Shown: piece by piece, positions 10,273 to 21,145 of the stretch
Numbering within the stretch: the first letter of the stretch is position 1
Layout: each line of letters starts with the position of its first letter
Origin: an uncultured Verrucomicrobiae bacterium
GTDB lineage: Bacteria > Verrucomicrobiota > Verrucomicrobiia > Chthoniobacterales > JAFAMB01
Length of the DNA stretch: 64,000 nucleotides
Direction: 5' to 3'
Assembly: GCA_963782115.1 (NCBI GenBank)
Contig: CAWAIK010000001.1
Span: forward strand, 1-64,000
The notes under the pieces: generated by a model
What the model was told of the DNA's origin: nothing
What the model saw: only the letters and a program-made list of their open reading frames with translations
Database searches by the model: none
Translations under genes and position numbers: made by a program

Positions 10273-10846
10273 TTATCGAGTATCGAATTTTGCCACCTTC
10301 TGGTTCCATTCGCTCCTAAGAACGCTGTTCATGGTCAGATCGACGTAGTGATCGTATAGCCATTCAGCTTGGCGCAATACGCCTTCTTTCTTTAGACCTA
10401 ACCGGTCGCAAACGGCCTGACTTGGATAGTTAGCCGTGGCAGCCCGCGCTTGAATCGGTTCAGTTCGACGTTTTGAAATCCCCAGTCGATCAGCGCCTTG
10501 ACAGCCGCCCTCATCAGCCCTCTGCCAGTTTGGGACTTCGCAAGCCAATAGTCCATCGTTGCGCAACGATTCAGCTTCTCAATACTGTTGAATGAAACCA
10601 TTCCAACGATTTCGCCACTTGAGAGAAGGGCGTAGTGGAACGCCGTTCCGGCGACTGCACACTCTGAACATCTCTGGATGAACTTCAACTGATCGGTGGG
10701 ACTTTTCGCTCCATCGAGCCAAGGCAACCATTGTCGCAGATGTTCGCGATTTTGATCGACTCGTAAAGACAGTTCTTCGGCGTCCTCTTCCTTCAAGAGC
10801 CGCAAGATAAGCGAGGGTATTTCGGTCTTTATTTCCGGTGTCACAA
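10273..10846 (-). pseudogene. RimJ/RimL-type GNAT acetyltransferase, frameshifted near 10460
   Basis: NREHLRQWLPW..DYWLAKSQTGRGLM in one frame; IQARAATANYPSQAVCDRLG..EGVLRQAEWLYDHYVD in another. Confidence 0.8.
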
Positions 10847-10849
10847 GGC

Positions 10850-11218
10850 TCAATTCTGAATCAGATCTTCCGCCCGATCGAGAGCCTTCCAAAGCGCCTG
10901 AAGAGCGTGCGGATAGTCGCGTTTGCAGTCCTCTTTGATGGTCGCATCCCTAAATCGGCGTACCGAAGAACACAGACCTTTGATCGCCTCGTTCCGAATC
11001 CGAAAAGATTTCGTCAAAGCGTGTTCCAAGGCTTCGCCCTCGGCATCGAACGTCTTCTCGGCCGGTGGCGGGATCGCAACGTTTCCCAGCTCCGATAAAA
11101 GCGATCGGAGTCGTTGCAGTACGTTCCAAGCGCGCAACCGGCTCTGCTTTGACGCTTCCAACTCGTCGAGCAAGTCTTGGATCGCTTTTGGAGTGATCGA
11201 CATGCGACAAGTGTTCAT
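10850..11218 (-). CDS. Hypothetical helical protein
   Basis: ~117-122-aa ORF. Confidence 0.55.
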   Translation of the reverse strand: MNTCRMSITPKAIQDLLDELEASKQSRLRAWNVLQRLRSLLSELGNVAIPPPAEKTFDAEGEALEHALTKSFRIRNEAIKGLCSSVRRFRDATIKEDCKRDYPHALQALWKALDRAEDLIQN

Positions 11219-11314
11219 AAGAACACTATTAGAGTCAAGCCAGCTTTCTGAATTCCTTGCCGCACCGAGCGGTACACGGAGGTCGGGCGAGGTATTCAGA
11301 TGCTACGCGTAGGT

Positions 11315-12238
11315 CTAAAAAATCTCGGCTCCGGCTTTGGTTGCGGTTTTTTTCCTATCTCTTTCTTGGGCCTCTGCCTCCGCTGCTCGGATTAGGCTAA
11401 GGAGTTCGTCATTGAAGTGGCGATCCCTTAGACCTCGCGGCACGGAAGCAATAGGCGGTCCCTCCACAGGGATTGGTACAAAATCCGGGCTTCCGCGCTG
11501 CTTGCAAAGCTTAAGCGCGGTAGCGCGACCTCCTTTTTCACCCATTGAGAATCGCGGGCATTTTTTGACCAAAATGACCACGAAAAGATCGCTTTCATCG
11601 ATGGCGGCAAAAATCTTAGGATTCCATATGTCACCGGGTCGAAGTGTCATCACATCTATAAACGTCTCCAACCCAGTAGCCCTCAATCCTTGCGCTCGCT
11701 TGAGCATCTCCGCCCGGTCGAGTGACGAGTAGGAGCAAAAACACGCGTGATAGTGTCGGGCTTCTTTTCCCACAGGCTGTCTACGGGCATCGCGTGCGTC
11801 GCGGACCACTTCAATTTGAAAGCTGATTCTGCCGACTGGCAACCCGTCTTTTGAAATCCATACGGTTCCGGTATGCTGTCCCCATTTGCAGCCCTTCGGG
11901 ACCTCGAAACGGAAGGTTGCCGCCTGCGGCTGACCGGTCCAGATGAGCGTGTCTGTTCGGTCCGGAAAGACGAAACTTTCCATTTCTACGTCGAAGGCAA
12001 AGGTCGTGCCGATTGGGGCGTCCAAAACCAAGGAGCGATGACCGCGTTCCTTAGTTTTCGGATCAAACTTTTCTGCATCCGTCTCAACCTGCTTCCGGTC
12101 CTTAGGGCTATGTAGAAAGACCTGTAAGAGGGCGGTTTGCTTGCGCCCTACACGATCAGGCGCGAAAACTGTACAGTCCACGGGATTGCGTTCTGGTTCC
12201 CGGACGTTAACGTGTGGCGCGGGCGACCGCCGAGCCAA
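11315..12238 (-). CDS. Protein with a beta-rich domain and a C-terminal TIR domain; compensating indels near 11530-11575
   Basis: CFCSYSSLDR..FID..LRPGD.W...IDESDLFVV; WSKNARDSQWVKKE lies in the alternate frame. Confidence 0.75.
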   Translation of the reverse strand: MARRSPAPHVNVREPERNPVDCTVFAPDRVGRKQTALLQVFLHSPKDRKQVETDAEKFDPKTKERGHRSLVLDAPIGTTFAFDVEMESFVFPDRTDTLIWTGQPQAATFRFEVPKGCKWGQHTGTVWISKDGLPVGRISFQIEVVRDARDARRQPVGKEARHYHACFCSYSSLDRAEMLKRAQGLRATGLETFIDVMTLRPGDIWNPKIFAAIDESDLFVVILVKKCPRFSMGEKGGRATALKLCKQRGSPDFVPIPVEGPPIASVPRGLRDRHFNDELLSLIRAAEAEAQERDRKKTATKAGAEIF

Positions 12239-13037
12239 CGACCCCTCGGTCCTGAGGCTCTTCTCTATACTCGCCGCTTGCTAGTAGATCGGCCAAATCA
12301 CTCGGAGCAACTCGTTCAGGCTCCAGTCGCTCGTGGACCGACGGTTTGGGAGTATTGAGCATCAATTCCGCTACCCGGTTCACAGAATCGCGCAAAAGCT
12401 GGAAAACCCTAAGCCGCTTCTTCATCCTCAATTGAGGCGGCGTATCTGGCTGGGGCACCGGAGCCGGTTTGTTCTCAAGCTGTTCAGCCTCCAGCCGTCC
12501 CGTTTCCTCGCACGCTCGCCGTTCAGCCTCCAGCCGCCACCGTTCCACACGCTCCCGCCGTTCAGCCTCATTTTCTTCGATTACTCGTTCGATCGCTGTC
12601 ACCAGCCGTCGGCAATCCTCATCGAAACTCGTATCGCTGACTCGCAGTGCATTTCGGCGAACCAATGCCTTCAGCTCATATGGGAGTTCGGCAGCTTTGG
12701 GCATCGTAGCGCCTTCCACCAGTACAGGAATCACTCGATTGCCGCGCTTGAGTGCCGTTGCAATCTCCATGCGGACGAAGTCTTCCGGATTGTCGAGTCG
12801 CCTCCCGTCTCGTTCGTCCGTGGAAGTGAGCCAGTGCGTTCCGATTACTGCGATTAAAACGTCACATTCTCCCACCCTCCCCTCGATCACTGCAACGAAG
12901 TCATCACCCGGCGCAACGCCATCAACGTCCATGAAAATTTGCTTCCGGTCGAAACGCGCACTCAGACGGTCGTACAGACTTCTGGCCGACCATCGACTTT
13001 CCTCGCGACGGTAACTAATGAAGATTTGTCCGTTCAT
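12207..13037 (-). CDS. TIR_2 domain protein with a coiled coil
   Basis: IFISYRREES..QIFMDVD...RRLDNPEDFVRMEIATAL..VIPVLV. Confidence 0.85.
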   Translation of the reverse strand: MNGQIFISYRREESRWSARSLYDRLSARFDRKQIFMDVDGVAPGDDFVAVIEGRVGECDVLIAVIGTHWLTSTDERDGRRLDNPEDFVRMEIATALKRGNRVIPVLVEGATMPKAAELPYELKALVRRNALRVSDTSFDEDCRRLVTAIERVIEENEAERRERVERWRLEAERRACEETGRLEAEQLENKPAPVPQPDTPPQLRMKKRLRVFQLLRDSVNRVAELMLNTPKPSVHERLEPERVAPSDLADLLASGEYREEPQDRGVVGSAVARATR

Positions 13038-13234
13038 TCTTGCCGGGGCCGTCTGCCTCCAAAGAACGTCCAGAGCAGCGGCAAAGATACAAATTTAGAG
13101 TACCCAAGGGGACTCCATAGCCTCCCGAGGGAATCAAATGTTCCGATCAGAAATCCGTCTTGCGGAGGCGAATAAGAATTCTTGTGGCTAACGACCTCTC
13201 CCAGCGGACCTAGATATGCGTCGTAATTAGCGGG

Positions 13235-13558
13235 CTAATGTGGGGCGCGATATTCGGACCCTGACGCCTTCTTCATCGCTTCAACCGCCTCTTCAGCAGT
13301 TAATAGAGGCGTGGTTTTAACGGCCTTACAAGCGCCGCCCGACGCGAACGCTATGCCAATCGCGCCCGCGTCCACGTTACTAGGCATCTCAACGATGAGC
13401 ACAATATCGTAATCTCCGAACGTGAACCAAGCACTCTCGATCTTTCCGCCAAGCTTTTCAATCGCTGGCCGCACCGCTTCGATGCGGTTCTGCGGCTTCT
13501 TGACTAACGCCTTCCAACCCTCAATAGAATACGCAATTTGTTGTAGGTAATGTGGCAT
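13235..13558 (-). CDS. GYD domain-containing protein
   Basis: IEKLGGKIESAWFTFGDYDIVLIVEMP. Confidence 0.85.
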   Translation of the reverse strand: MPHYLQQIAYSIEGWKALVKKPQNRIEAVRPAIEKLGGKIESAWFTFGDYDIVLIVEMPSNVDAGAIGIAFASGGACKAVKTTPLLTAEEAVEAMKKASGSEYRAPH

Positions 13559-14984
13559 CTGGACCTCCTAGTCTTCGTCTTATTGGTTCTTGTTCGGTAT
13601 TCAGATCTTAGAATCTTGTGCGGACTTCGGGCATCACCAAGAAATCGAGCGAATCCTAGACCGAGCTACGCCAAAGACAAAACCGCGTGGGGGGAGAAGG
13701 AGTTCAAACAAAATAACGTTCGTGAGGCTGTTTTAGAGTACGCACAAGAAAATGTGCACCTCAAGACAAAAATAAACCAAATCCGCAGTAATATTGGATC
13801 GGTGAAGGCCAGACAAGGCTTGCCCAAACCAACTGGTTACAGCAACGTTGTCGCTTCAAGAATTTAGTTTTGCCGCCGAATTGCGAAATACTGCTGGCGG
13901 ACCTCCGATAGCTCGTCGTCGATCAGGCTGTTGCGACGGAACATTTTGTACTAAAAAAGTTATTCACAACCGAGCATCAGACGTTCCAACACCAGTCTCA
14001 CAACTAAAATGTTCTGAGTTATTTTGACTTTCGAGCCATTCGCACCTCACTGTGACCCCGAGTAGAAGTGGAAACTGGCAGAGTTACTCACATGATATTC
14101 ACAAGCTGTTCGCCGATTGGAATGGCCACGGCCCTGCTGAGACGAGTCACCGCGTCGCGTACCGGTAATTATTCTTTGGAGGGCGACGGCGATCACATTT
14201 AAATGGTGGCGCGGTCGGCTAATATCGTTCCCACGAAAACGGGCCGGTTCAACTTATTCTGGCGGGTACAGCGATGATCATTCTTCCGGGTGAAAGTGAA
14301 AGTCCCGCATCAACCTAACAGCCATCCCAAGCCGGAATTGGGAATTGCTTCCGTTATCAGCGTGCCGCTTTCACGAGTACAGTGACTCTTTGTGATCTTT
14401 GCGCTCTTCTGTTCAAAAATGACTTTTGCTTTTTTTCTGTCTTAGTGCCGGGGGGGACGAAGAAAAATCATTTGCACAGAAGTTCCTTACCCGCGTGCGG
14501 CGGGCCTCATCTGAGTAAGAAACATGTGCCCGATGCGGGTTTTTCCGCCCGACATCCCAAGCGGTAGCAGCCATCTCAAACGCCCATGTTTCTTAGCAGA
14601 TCACAAAGGTCACAAAGACAGTCCTTTCGATAGAAACGGCCTATGCCCGGAGCCACATCTAAGCCCCCGATCAGAGTAAATCCCGAAACAGGAAACTATG
14701 CGGATGAGCATGAAAGAGTTCGGCGATCTGTTTTTCGTAGTGCGCGATGTAAGGCAAAAGGCTTTTGAGCTGCTGAGACATCGCGCTAAACACATACCGT
14801 GGCCCCCCACTTTGGGCCAAGCGTTTCAACGCGATCTCTCACCCGATTATAGCCGTTGCGCAAACGATCCTTTGAGCACTCAAATCAGGAGCATGGAGGA
14901 AAGCGGCTCCCAAAGGTGATGAAATGTATTGCATAATGAAAATGAATGGCGAGAGGTTTTTGCAATGACGATGTTAGGCTACGC

Positions 14985-15267
14985 CCAACTGCGCCCGGAC
15001 GAATGATGATGCAGATGGTCGGAGCATTCGCGGAGTTTGAAAGAGCAATACTGCGCGAGAGAACAAAGGCTGGATTAAATGCTGCCCGTAAGCGGGGCTG
15101 TATCGGAGGACGACGGCCAAAAGCTTAGACCCAATCAACAAGATGAAATCGTGGCAATGGTATCAGCGGGCACCAAAACCGCCGCTGACGCCGCAAGGCT
15201 GTTCAACGTTCATCCAGCGACAGTGTCGCGACTTTTGGCTAGGGTCGGGCCGGGACTATCAGGATGA
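14985..15267 (+). pseudogene. Serine recombinase/resolvase C-terminal fragment, frameshifted
   Basis: APGRMMMQMVGAFAEFERAILRERTKAGLNAARKRG.IGGR followed by HTH ADAARLFNVHPATVSR. Confidence 0.85.
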
Positions 15268-15435
15268 AGGTGGTGATTTTCTGTGTCGTTTGAAAGCGGG
15301 GGATGCAACCGACCCCCGTCATAGTGCCGGTGGGACGCCCTCGTCAGTGGAAATAGTATGGCTCTGGCCGTTGATTGGAGATATTGCTTTCAAGGAGCGA
15401 GAAAATGCTACGAAAAATTGACTGTGTCATGATCC

Positions 15436-15749
15436 GCGTCTAAGAACTCGCTGACTAGCGCGTGGGTAGAGGAAGAGATTGCGACAACACTTGAGAAAGA
15501 ACGAAAGCTCCGTACCGAACGCGGAAAAAAGGTCCTCAAACTCATTCCACTTAATCTTGACGGCTACATGTTTAACGAACGTTGGGATCTAGGGGCACAC
15601 GCCAGAGAAATCAGATCTCGCTTTTGCCCCGGATTTCCGGGGGTGGGAGACCAATGAAGAAATATTTGAAACGGAAAGTTGACCGAGTGATTAAGGCCCT
15701 TCGAGCGGATGAGGGAGCGCGGGAGAAGCCTCCACTGTCTAAACTTTAG
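15436..15749 (+). pseudogene. TIR domain C-terminal half (remnant, not in the ORF track)
   Basis: Reads ASKNSLTSAWVEEEIATTLEKERK...LIPLNLDGY...IRSRF(fs)APDFRGWE...KALRADE. Confidence 0.65.
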
Positions 15750-16386
15750 GATTCCGACCATCCTTTGGCGGTTAAGCTCTAGGTGGTTGCGATAGGCTCA
15801 CAGTTTCCAGTCCCTCATGGTAACCGCGAAGTCCAACAGCGCAGCCACATGTTCGATATTGTTTTCTTCCCCCGTCTCCGCGTCGATTCGGGGCATCAGA
15901 GGCGGGGCATCAGAGGCGGGGCAAACTCAATCGATTTCTCGTCGAAATTGCAATCAAAGGATTCGAGAAAGAGTTGGTACGCAGCGTCCAGCTCTTCCTG
16001 TCTAAAAAGGATGCGGATTTTCTCTTTGATACTCATTGAAGGAAATGGAGCTTTTCTTTTTGCCGAACAATGAGGTCACGGTCCAGCTCGTTCATGATCG
16101 CCTTCCAACCACCATGAGCTTTCAAAAGCTTCCAGTCGCCTGAAGAGTCCTGTTTTTTCCGTCATGACGACTCTCCTCTCAAGGGTGGTGATGACCAGTG
16201 TTATTTGTCTCCTTAGGAGATGGCCGGATCACTTCTTCCGGATTGGTCGGAATTGAATTCATCGGGAAACGGATGAGGGGATAACAGCCGACGATAAATA
16301 ATTTCAAGCGGCGCTCGTTTGAAAATGGCAACTGGTTGCCAAAACGATCTCCGAACAAACGGGTCAATCCGAAGTCTATTGAATGT

Positions 16387-18357
16387 TCAGCCGACAGATT
16401 TCTCCCACCTTTGGCGGTATCGTTTATCGTTCTTGCCCGCATAACGCGGAACAATGACCCGCTTCTCAGAAAATTTCACCGCAGACCAATCGAGCTTTTC
16501 TAGGGTCGCACGGCGAATCCCGGCAAAAAACCAGAGGGCTAGGAAAGGAATGATCTTCGGATCGGATTGTGCGGCATGAAAAAGTTTCTCCGTCTCTCCG
16601 GCTGAAAGAACGTAACTTTTGATTTCATCAGTTCCGTCGGGATTTGAGAGTTCTTTAAACTTTTTGATCTTAGAAACCGGATTTTCTCGCACATAGTTCT
16701 TATCGAGAGCGAAGCTAAAAACAGAGACGATGGCGGCATTTACCGACCATGCAGTTTGAGACCATCATTGTGGCGCAGGTCCCCCGATTGAAGTATCCCG
16801 ATGGACATACCGAATTTGTCAAGGTTCCTTGGGCCGACAAACATAGTCAATGGACGATGCTTTTTGAGCGCCTGGCTGTCGAAGTGTTGCAAGCTTGCCG
16901 CAGTCTGAGCCAAGCCTGTAACTTGTTGGATTTGGATTGGCGTTCGGCGCATCGAATGATGCAACGAGCGGTCCAACGGGGCTTGGATGCACGACAACTC
17001 GAGGGGCTCAGGCGGGTCGGTCTGGACGAAAAGAGTTTCGGCTTAGGCCAGCGCTATGTCTCGCTGTTGAGCGACTTGGACCAGAGCCGCGTTTTAGAGG
17101 TCGTGCCTGGCGATGACACCCAAAGCGGCTGCGCACTTTGGGAGAGCCTGCCCCAGACGCAGCGTGAAAACATCGAAGCGGCGGCCATGGATATGAGTGC
17201 CGGCTTTGCAGCGGCGACAGCACAGCAAGCTCCCCACGTGGTCATTGTCCACGACAAGTTTCACGTCGCCAAAATGCTCAACGGAGCGGTCGATCGCGTG
17301 CGGCGCAAGGAACAGAAGGAACTGCTAAAGCAAGACGACGCGCGACTCACCGGCTCACGCCAGCTCTGGCTCTACAATCCGATCAATCTCAAGGACGAAC
17401 GTGCTGAAGAGTTCGAGCGCTTGATTCAAAGCGAGCTCAAAACCTCACGGGCTTGGATGTTAAAAGAGAGCTTCGCCGGCTTCTGGCAACAGGAAGGTCG
17501 ATGGCATGCACAAGGTTACTTCTCCAAGTGGTATAGCCGCGCGCGACGAAGCCGATTGGAACCGGTTAAGCAGGTGGCTAAGAGCCTTAAGAACCATTTA
17601 GACGGACTACTGAACTACTTTATCCATCCGATCACTAATGCTGTTACCGAGGGACTCAATAGTCGCATTCAAGAAATTAAAGCCAATGCCAGAGGCTTTC
17701 GATCCTTCGACAACTACCGCACTCGAATCTAAAAACCTGCCCCGTGTAGCCTCGATGTTTATTGCGGGTCTTAGCGGCAAGCGGTTCGCCGTCTTTCCCT
17801 CTTAGCCCCTTTAGCCACCTCTCTAGATCCTCTTTGCTGATTTCAGAAACGGGAGTTTCTCCGAATCGCGCTTCGAGTTTCTATAGCGTCTCGTTCAGGG
17901 TTTCAACCTGCCGGAGACCGCGTACCTCTCCGGCTTCGATTCGGCGTTTGTACTCTACCCGGATTTCAGTTGCCAGAACGGAGAAGGGAACCGTCTTGGA
18001 GAGTTCTTTCAGATGGGCATCGTAAAGGCGCATCCCTTCAAGTAACGTTGCACCGGAATGCCGACTGGCGATCTCTTCGGCTTTGATCAGAGTAAAACGC
18101 TGTTCGGCGGTGAGAGTGATTTTTGAGCCGTAATCGTCGCGATCCCGATTTTGGATGGTGGCGTACTCTTCCGCGTCTTCGTCGTTAGTGAACCATTTCA
18201 GCTTTCGCTTGCCATCCACGTAACTGATCACGCACCACTCTTTGCCTTGGAAGGGTTTGAGTTTTTTCACCACGAATCCAACGGGTTTCGGTCTTGCCAC
18301 GGCTTCAATATTGAACCCGTATTCACCGAGTAAAGATTTTATTAACACTATTAACAC
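16387..18357 (-). pseudogene. Tyrosine integrase next to the tRNA-Cys 3' end; interrupted by an ISL3 fragment, frameshifted and C-truncated
   Basis: Arm domain YVDGKRKLKWF; RENPVSKI; FFAGIRRA motif; frame is restored across the 8-bp duplication. Confidence 0.8.
16723..17728 (+). mobile_element. Internal ISL3-family transposase fragment flanked by the 8-bp direct repeat CTAAAAAC
   Basis: GLDEKSF, AMDMS, HDKFHV and TNAVTEGLNSRIQEIKANARGFRSF motifs; repeats at 16715-16722 and 17729-17736. Confidence 0.9.
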
Positions 18358-18437
18358 TAAGCCACGTTTTTGGCGTCATTTCGGGCGTCCACGGGTGACC
18401 TCGCCGAGGAGAATTCTAGAGGGAGAGAGGAGAATCG

Positions 18438-18509
18438 AGGCGGGGACGGGAATCGAACCCGTGAGTAGCGGTTTTGCAGACCGCGGCCTTACCACTTGGC
18501 TACCCCGCC
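18438..18509 (-). tRNA. tRNA-Cys (GCA)
   Basis: Reverse complement GGCGGGGTAGCCAAGTGGTAAGGCCGCGGTCTGCAAAACCGCTACTCACGGGTTCGATTCCCGTCCCCGCCT folds as a cloverleaf with a U discriminator; no encoded CCA. Confidence 0.95.
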
Positions 18510-18566
18510 AAAGCTTCTCTCTATCAGGCAGTTATGCATCCGAGTCCTGTGTAGAGCTGAGTGCAG

Positions 18567-18588
18567 TTGACGGCATATTGACATATAC
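18567..18588. repeat. Putative integrase arm-type sites (left arm)
   Basis: TTGACGGCATATTGACATATAC matches 33340-33361 at 20/22. Confidence 0.65.
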
Positions 18589-18613
18589 GGCACGCTCATG
18601 CGAATATTAGCGC

Positions 18614-19801
18614 ATGAGAAGGCTAACGTTGCGCATCGTCGAATACCGTCATTCGGCAACGGCGAAGTATTGCATCGAAGGTCTGAGAGTCAACGGGAAG
18701 CGTAAGCGGCTTTTCTTTTCCACCAGAGATTCGGCTGAACGCGAATTGCAACGGCTCAAGATCAAGCAGCGACGGGAAGGCGAGACCGCGCTCGCGATTC
18801 CGGATTCATTGAGGATTATGGCCAGCGAATGCGCTGAGAAGCTGAAGCCGTTTGGAAAGACTCTCGTCGATGCGACTGAGTTCTTTCTGAAGCAGCTGGG
18901 TGATGAGCAGCGCAGCATCACGGTTTCAGAGCTGATGACAGAATTTCTGGGGGCCAGGCGGCGAGCAAGACGATCCGAAATTCATCTTGCGGATCTGCAA
19001 CGGCGCCTGGGAAGGTTCGCCGAGTCGTTCGGGATTCGACCGATTCGAACGCTTACGTCAAAGCAAATCGAGACATGGCTGCATGAGCTAGAGCTCGAAC
19101 CGCAAACCATCAACAATTATCGCTCGCGGATCGGCGCGATGTTCTCGTATGCGATACGGAGGGAATTGCTGGAGCGTAATCCGATCGACGCGGTCGAGAA
19201 GGTAACGATCAGAGGCAAACCGCCCGAGATATTCCAACCAGAGGAGCTTCAGTCTCTCCTGGATGCTTCTCCGCCGGATCTTCTTCCCGTTCTGGCGATC
19301 GGGGCGTTTGCCGGTCTCCGAACGGCCGAGTTGCTTCGTTTGAATTGGAAAGACGTCGAGCTGGCGAGAGGATATATTCACGTATCGGCTGCCAACTCGA
19401 AAACCGCGCAGCGGCGGTTGGTGACGCTTGCGCCGAACCTCGTGAATTTGCTCCGCCAATATACGAACCTGGAGGGGAAAGTCTATTCGCGATCTGAGCG
19501 CGATCTTCACAAGGATCTTGTGGCTCTGTGCGGGAGAGTAGGTCTCGAAAAATGGCCGACTAACGGTCTCCGGCACAGTTTCGCGTCATATCATCTCGCT
19601 CTTCACAAAAATGCGCCGGGGTTAGCCCTGGAAGTCGGGCACGCCAGCCCAAAGATGATCTTCACCAATTATCGGGAGCTTGTTACCGACGAGCACGCGG
19701 AACGCTACTGGGCTATTCGACCGAACACGCTCGGTGAAAACGTCATTCCTATGGAAGCCGAGGCGACGAACGTCCTACCATTGGAGGCGACTGCTCGCTA
19801 G
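18614..19801 (+). CDS. Tyrosine recombinase/integrase, apparently intact
   Basis: FAGLRTAE, SKT, LRHSFASY, GHASPKMIFTNY catalytic motifs. Confidence 0.95.
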   Translation: MRRLTLRIVEYRHSATAKYCIEGLRVNGKRKRLFFSTRDSAERELQRLKIKQRREGETALAIPDSLRIMASECAEKLKPFGKTLVDATEFFLKQLGDEQRSITVSELMTEFLGARRRARRSEIHLADLQRRLGRFAESFGIRPIRTLTSKQIETWLHELELEPQTINNYRSRIGAMFSYAIRRELLERNPIDAVEKVTIRGKPPEIFQPEELQSLLDASPPDLLPVLAIGAFAGLRTAELLRLNWKDVELARGYIHVSAANSKTAQRRLVTLAPNLVNLLRQYTNLEGKVYSRSERDLHKDLVALCGRVGLEKWPTNGLRHSFASYHLALHKNAPGLALEVGHASPKMIFTNYRELVTDEHAERYWAIRPNTLGENVIPMEAEATNVLPLEATAR

Positions 19802-20544
19802 TGAACCCCAAGCCACGACCGCGGCAAAAGCAAGCGTCGGCATCCTCGGAGCCCGAGGCGCAAGAGACGCATCCTGAGGAAACCGGAAACACCATCAGCT
19901 TGGAGCTGTTAGCCACGACGATCTTTGGTTTGAAGAGCCTGCCGGAATTCACTTCGGAAGATCTCGACTACCTTGGATTTATCGCGCGCAGTTGGCTTAC
20001 GGATTTTCAAGGCCTCCTGTTGGGGCAAACACAGATTTCACTCGCATTATTGACACGTACTGCAATCGAGCTGAGAAAACTTGAAGATCACACTGCCGGC
20101 GATATAGATCCGGAAGAGATTCGGTTCATCGGCCTAAAGGCACTCGAGCAACTCAAAACCTGGTCGAGGCGACTGAAACGCGCCGAAGCACAACCTCGCC
20201 TGGAAGCCGAGTTTCAACGAAAATGCCAAAGTAGGCCGATCCCTCTCGATAAGGCAGCTAGGCGGGTAACTAAAATCCGACGGACTGAAGATGCGAGGAC
20301 TTGGCTACACCGTTTCCTGAATGATGTCTTTCTGAAAGGTAGCAAGGTATTTCACCGGCCCGACCTACGTTGGATAGTTCAGATCTGGCGAGGCGGCGAC
20401 AAAACCCCTGGAACGGGGATTCCTTCGGATTTCATTGAAACTCTGGCTGAGGAGTATAAGACTTGGAGGCGGGAGCAGGACTCGTTTCGTCAGCGGAAGG
20501 TTGCCTACGCGCGCTGGAATTCCACGAAGAACAGCGAGAAATAG
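19801..20544 (+). CDS. Hypothetical protein coupled to the integrase
   Basis: 247 aa; GTG start overlaps the integrase stop. Confidence 0.65.
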   Translation: MNPKPRPRQKQASASSEPEAQETHPEETGNTISLELLATTIFGLKSLPEFTSEDLDYLGFIARSWLTDFQGLLLGQTQISLALLTRTAIELRKLEDHTAGDIDPEEIRFIGLKALEQLKTWSRRLKRAEAQPRLEAEFQRKCQSRPIPLDKAARRVTKIRRTEDARTWLHRFLNDVFLKGSKVFHRPDLRWIVQIWRGGDKTPGTGIPSDFIETLAEEYKTWRREQDSFRQRKVAYARWNSTKNSEK

Positions 20545-20733
20545 CGTTTATTTGCTAATCGACGCAAAATTTCGCTTGCACGCGTCTTACAACAAAAATG
20601 CCGATGCATTTCGCAACTGCGCGCGAGGAGTAGAGAACGACGCTCCCGATGCAATTCGCGCGTTTATCATGAGGCGATTGACCGTCCGGGCTGCACTTCG
20701 CAAGTAGGCCCGCTGCTAAGGTTTTGTCTCAAG

Positions 20734-20940
20734 ATGAAACCTACTCTGCTATCAAAACCACTAACCAAACGCGAGCTTGCAGAATGGTTAGGTGTTTCAC
20801 CTCGTTATTTAGAGGCCGAAGTTAGTCGGGGCGCCCTCAGGATGCGCCGTTTATCTGCGCGTGCGGTTAGATTCCTGCCGGGAGATGTCGAAGCCTGGCT
20901 GAACGCGAAGGCAACTATTCCGGTTGAGGAGATGGTTTGA
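20734..20940 (+). CDS. Excisionase/AlpA-like HTH protein
   Basis: LTKRELAEWLGVSPRYL...AVRFLPGDVEAWL. Confidence 0.85.
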   Translation: MKPTLLSKPLTKRELAEWLGVSPRYLEAEVSRGALRMRRLSARAVRFLPGDVEAWLNAKATIPVEEMV

Positions 20941-21145
20941 TGAAAGGCTCACCGCCTACAAACGCAAAGGCCTCCGCCGCTGACCGGAGGCTGAAATCAA
21001 ATGCGCTATCCGTTATAAAATACCGCATCGGGTCACTCGCTCAAGTTCCGCTTCGAGAGGTGTTTTGGAGTAACCAGCAGCGACTTTGCGCGGATCGACA
21101 CCGAATTGGAGCAAAGAGCTCGCAAGGCGCGGGAGGCTGAAAATA

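Noticed and set aside
13560..14940. Short ORFs or an ncRNA in this intergenic stretch
   Set aside because: No recognisable motifs, RBS pattern or convincing structure by eye
1..18437. Second att (tRNA-Cys 3' copy) bounding the left island
   Set aside because: Not found by eye in the window; the boundary is outside it or eroded
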